Shown here piece by piece: positions 62,621-64,000 of a DNA stretch of 64,000 bases; within the stretch, counting starts at the first letter, position 1, and every line of letters starts with the position of its first letter. Position numbers and translations under genes: made by a program. The notes below the pieces were generated by a model that saw nothing but the letters and a program-made list of their open reading frames with translations, had not been told where the DNA came from and searched no databases. The stretch is from NCBI GenBank assembly GCA_013265495.1, contig MU058153.1, positions 1,676,001-1,740,000 on the forward strand, read 5' to 3'. The DNA comes from Vicugna vicugna. Lineage: Eukaryota.

Positions 62621-63709
62621 AAACAAATATATAGAATATTATAACTCCTGTGAATTCCTAAAGAGAACTATATGTTAGAGATTAACAAAATGATTTTTTC
62701 AAATTATTTTTTAATTCATTGCAAGTTATTTTCTTTTTTTTAACAGATAATCAGATTCCAGGACTATTGCTTAAGGAGTGTGATAGACAAGAGAAATTAA
62801 CAGTGCTATGCTATACAGAACATTTGTCTTAGGTAGTATCCATTTATATGCAATAAAGCTAAAAGAATTTCAAGAAAATAACTTCTCTTGTTTTACTATT
62901 CTTTTAAAAACCTACCAGTTTTCACAGGATTTTCAATCAAACAATTCAGTCAGTGTGTATGTGCTATGTTTTGAGGGGAGAAAGACTAGAAGCGAGTATG
63001 TTGTGAAGAAAATATTTAAGTGTTACTACTTGTACATAAAACTCGAGATGCTTATAAGACATTAAAGAGGAGATTTCAAGAAGCTTGAAGCACAGAGAAG
63101 TCTTGGCAAGGGGTAAGAATTTGAGTTATTGGCATACGGGTGGCACTAAAATCCATGGGCATGGATGAGCTCACTGGAAATAAACATCATTTTCATCAGT
63201 CCATTCACATATTTCCTTACCTCATCGTCCGTGTTTTCAGATGGTGCATGCACCTGTCATTCACTAATGCTCATCCCAGTTCATGTAGGTGCCTAATTGC
63301 TAATTATCACTGAATTTAACAAAATTACTAAGGGACAGCTACAAAGCAAGTTCAGTTAAAAAACATTTGCTGAAATCTCGGAGCTGTAATAAACATCACA
63401 TGCTTACTGGTGTACTAATAAAGGTCTAGTTTTACTAAAATAATTTAATTTTCCTTCTCCAGAAAGAGTTTAATAAACATTTGAATTAAATTGGTGGCTT
63501 AAAATACTCAGTGTAATCAGGACTGTGATAGGAAATGTAATTGTGACTCTCAGGAGTAAAGTGAACTGTGATCAGTGATCCGCGATCAGGAAGAAAACAT
63601 AATGTATAGAGAGAAGGTGAGAGATCCCTGGTGCTGGAGTTAGTGTTCAAGAATCAAGATTTACAGTGCATTCATCTTGATGCCACTTTCTTCTCTTACT
63701 TTCTTCCAG

Positions 63710-63877
63710 ATGCATAAATGAATGGCATAGGAGATGAGTGAAAGGCGCTGATGGTTTTCCTTCCATTCCTTTGGAAAGGAAAAACCATTTTGTAAATAAA
63801 AGTTCCCAGATTCAACTCCATGTTGAACAAGATTTTCATTGCTACTGAAGAGGAGTTTACAGACTGCTGTCCAACTG
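63710..63877 (+). other. Candidate 168-nt non-coding exon
   Basis: Strong acceptor 'ccactttcttctcttactttcttccag|ATG'; tandem donors CTG|gtaggt (63877) and TAG|gtgaga (63881). Stops in all frames. Confidence 0.35.
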
Positions 63878-64000
63878 GTAGGTGAGATATTTTACCCCAA
63901 CCAAACTTGCCCACTTGCAATGAAACTGACTGACACCAGGTTGTGGTGGAGGAAATTACAATATTTACTGCAAAGCAGCAAACTTGGGGCCAAGCAAGGA

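Noticed and set aside
1..64000. CRISPR array, prokaryotic operon or defence system, or intact endogenous viral gene
   Set aside because: No regularly spaced repeats, no long ORFs and no gag/pol/env homology seen; the repeat content is plainly mammalian.

Overview
AT-rich, CpG-depleted mammalian genomic DNA. Two tRNA-derived SINEs of the camelid Vic-1 type and a lineage-type L1 3' end suggest a camelid. I found no recognisable host protein-coding exon, rRNA, tRNA or CRISPR array, and most ORFs in the track are chance ORFs or transposon remnants. Much of the window is interspersed repeat: L1/HAL1, L2, L3/CR1, MIR, MLT1 and MER31-like LTRs, and DNA transposons. The DNA transposons include an essentially full-length Tigger1 (46952-49350), a Charlie2-like element, MER5/MER20/MER63 and a Tigger2-type MITE. 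The most informative item missed by the ORF track is a ~1.4 kb decayed hAT/Buster transposase (~30010-31395) colinear with the SCAND3/ZBED9-type C-terminus, with a stem-loop at its 5' edge. Unique segments contain candidate enhancers (best: a POU-octamer/SOX motif cluster at 28.3-29.0 kb) and several splice-site-bounded segments on both strands that could belong to lncRNAs. These are hypotheses; I cannot support a new biological system from this sequence alone. Repeat family names come from remembered consensus motifs and boundaries are approximate.
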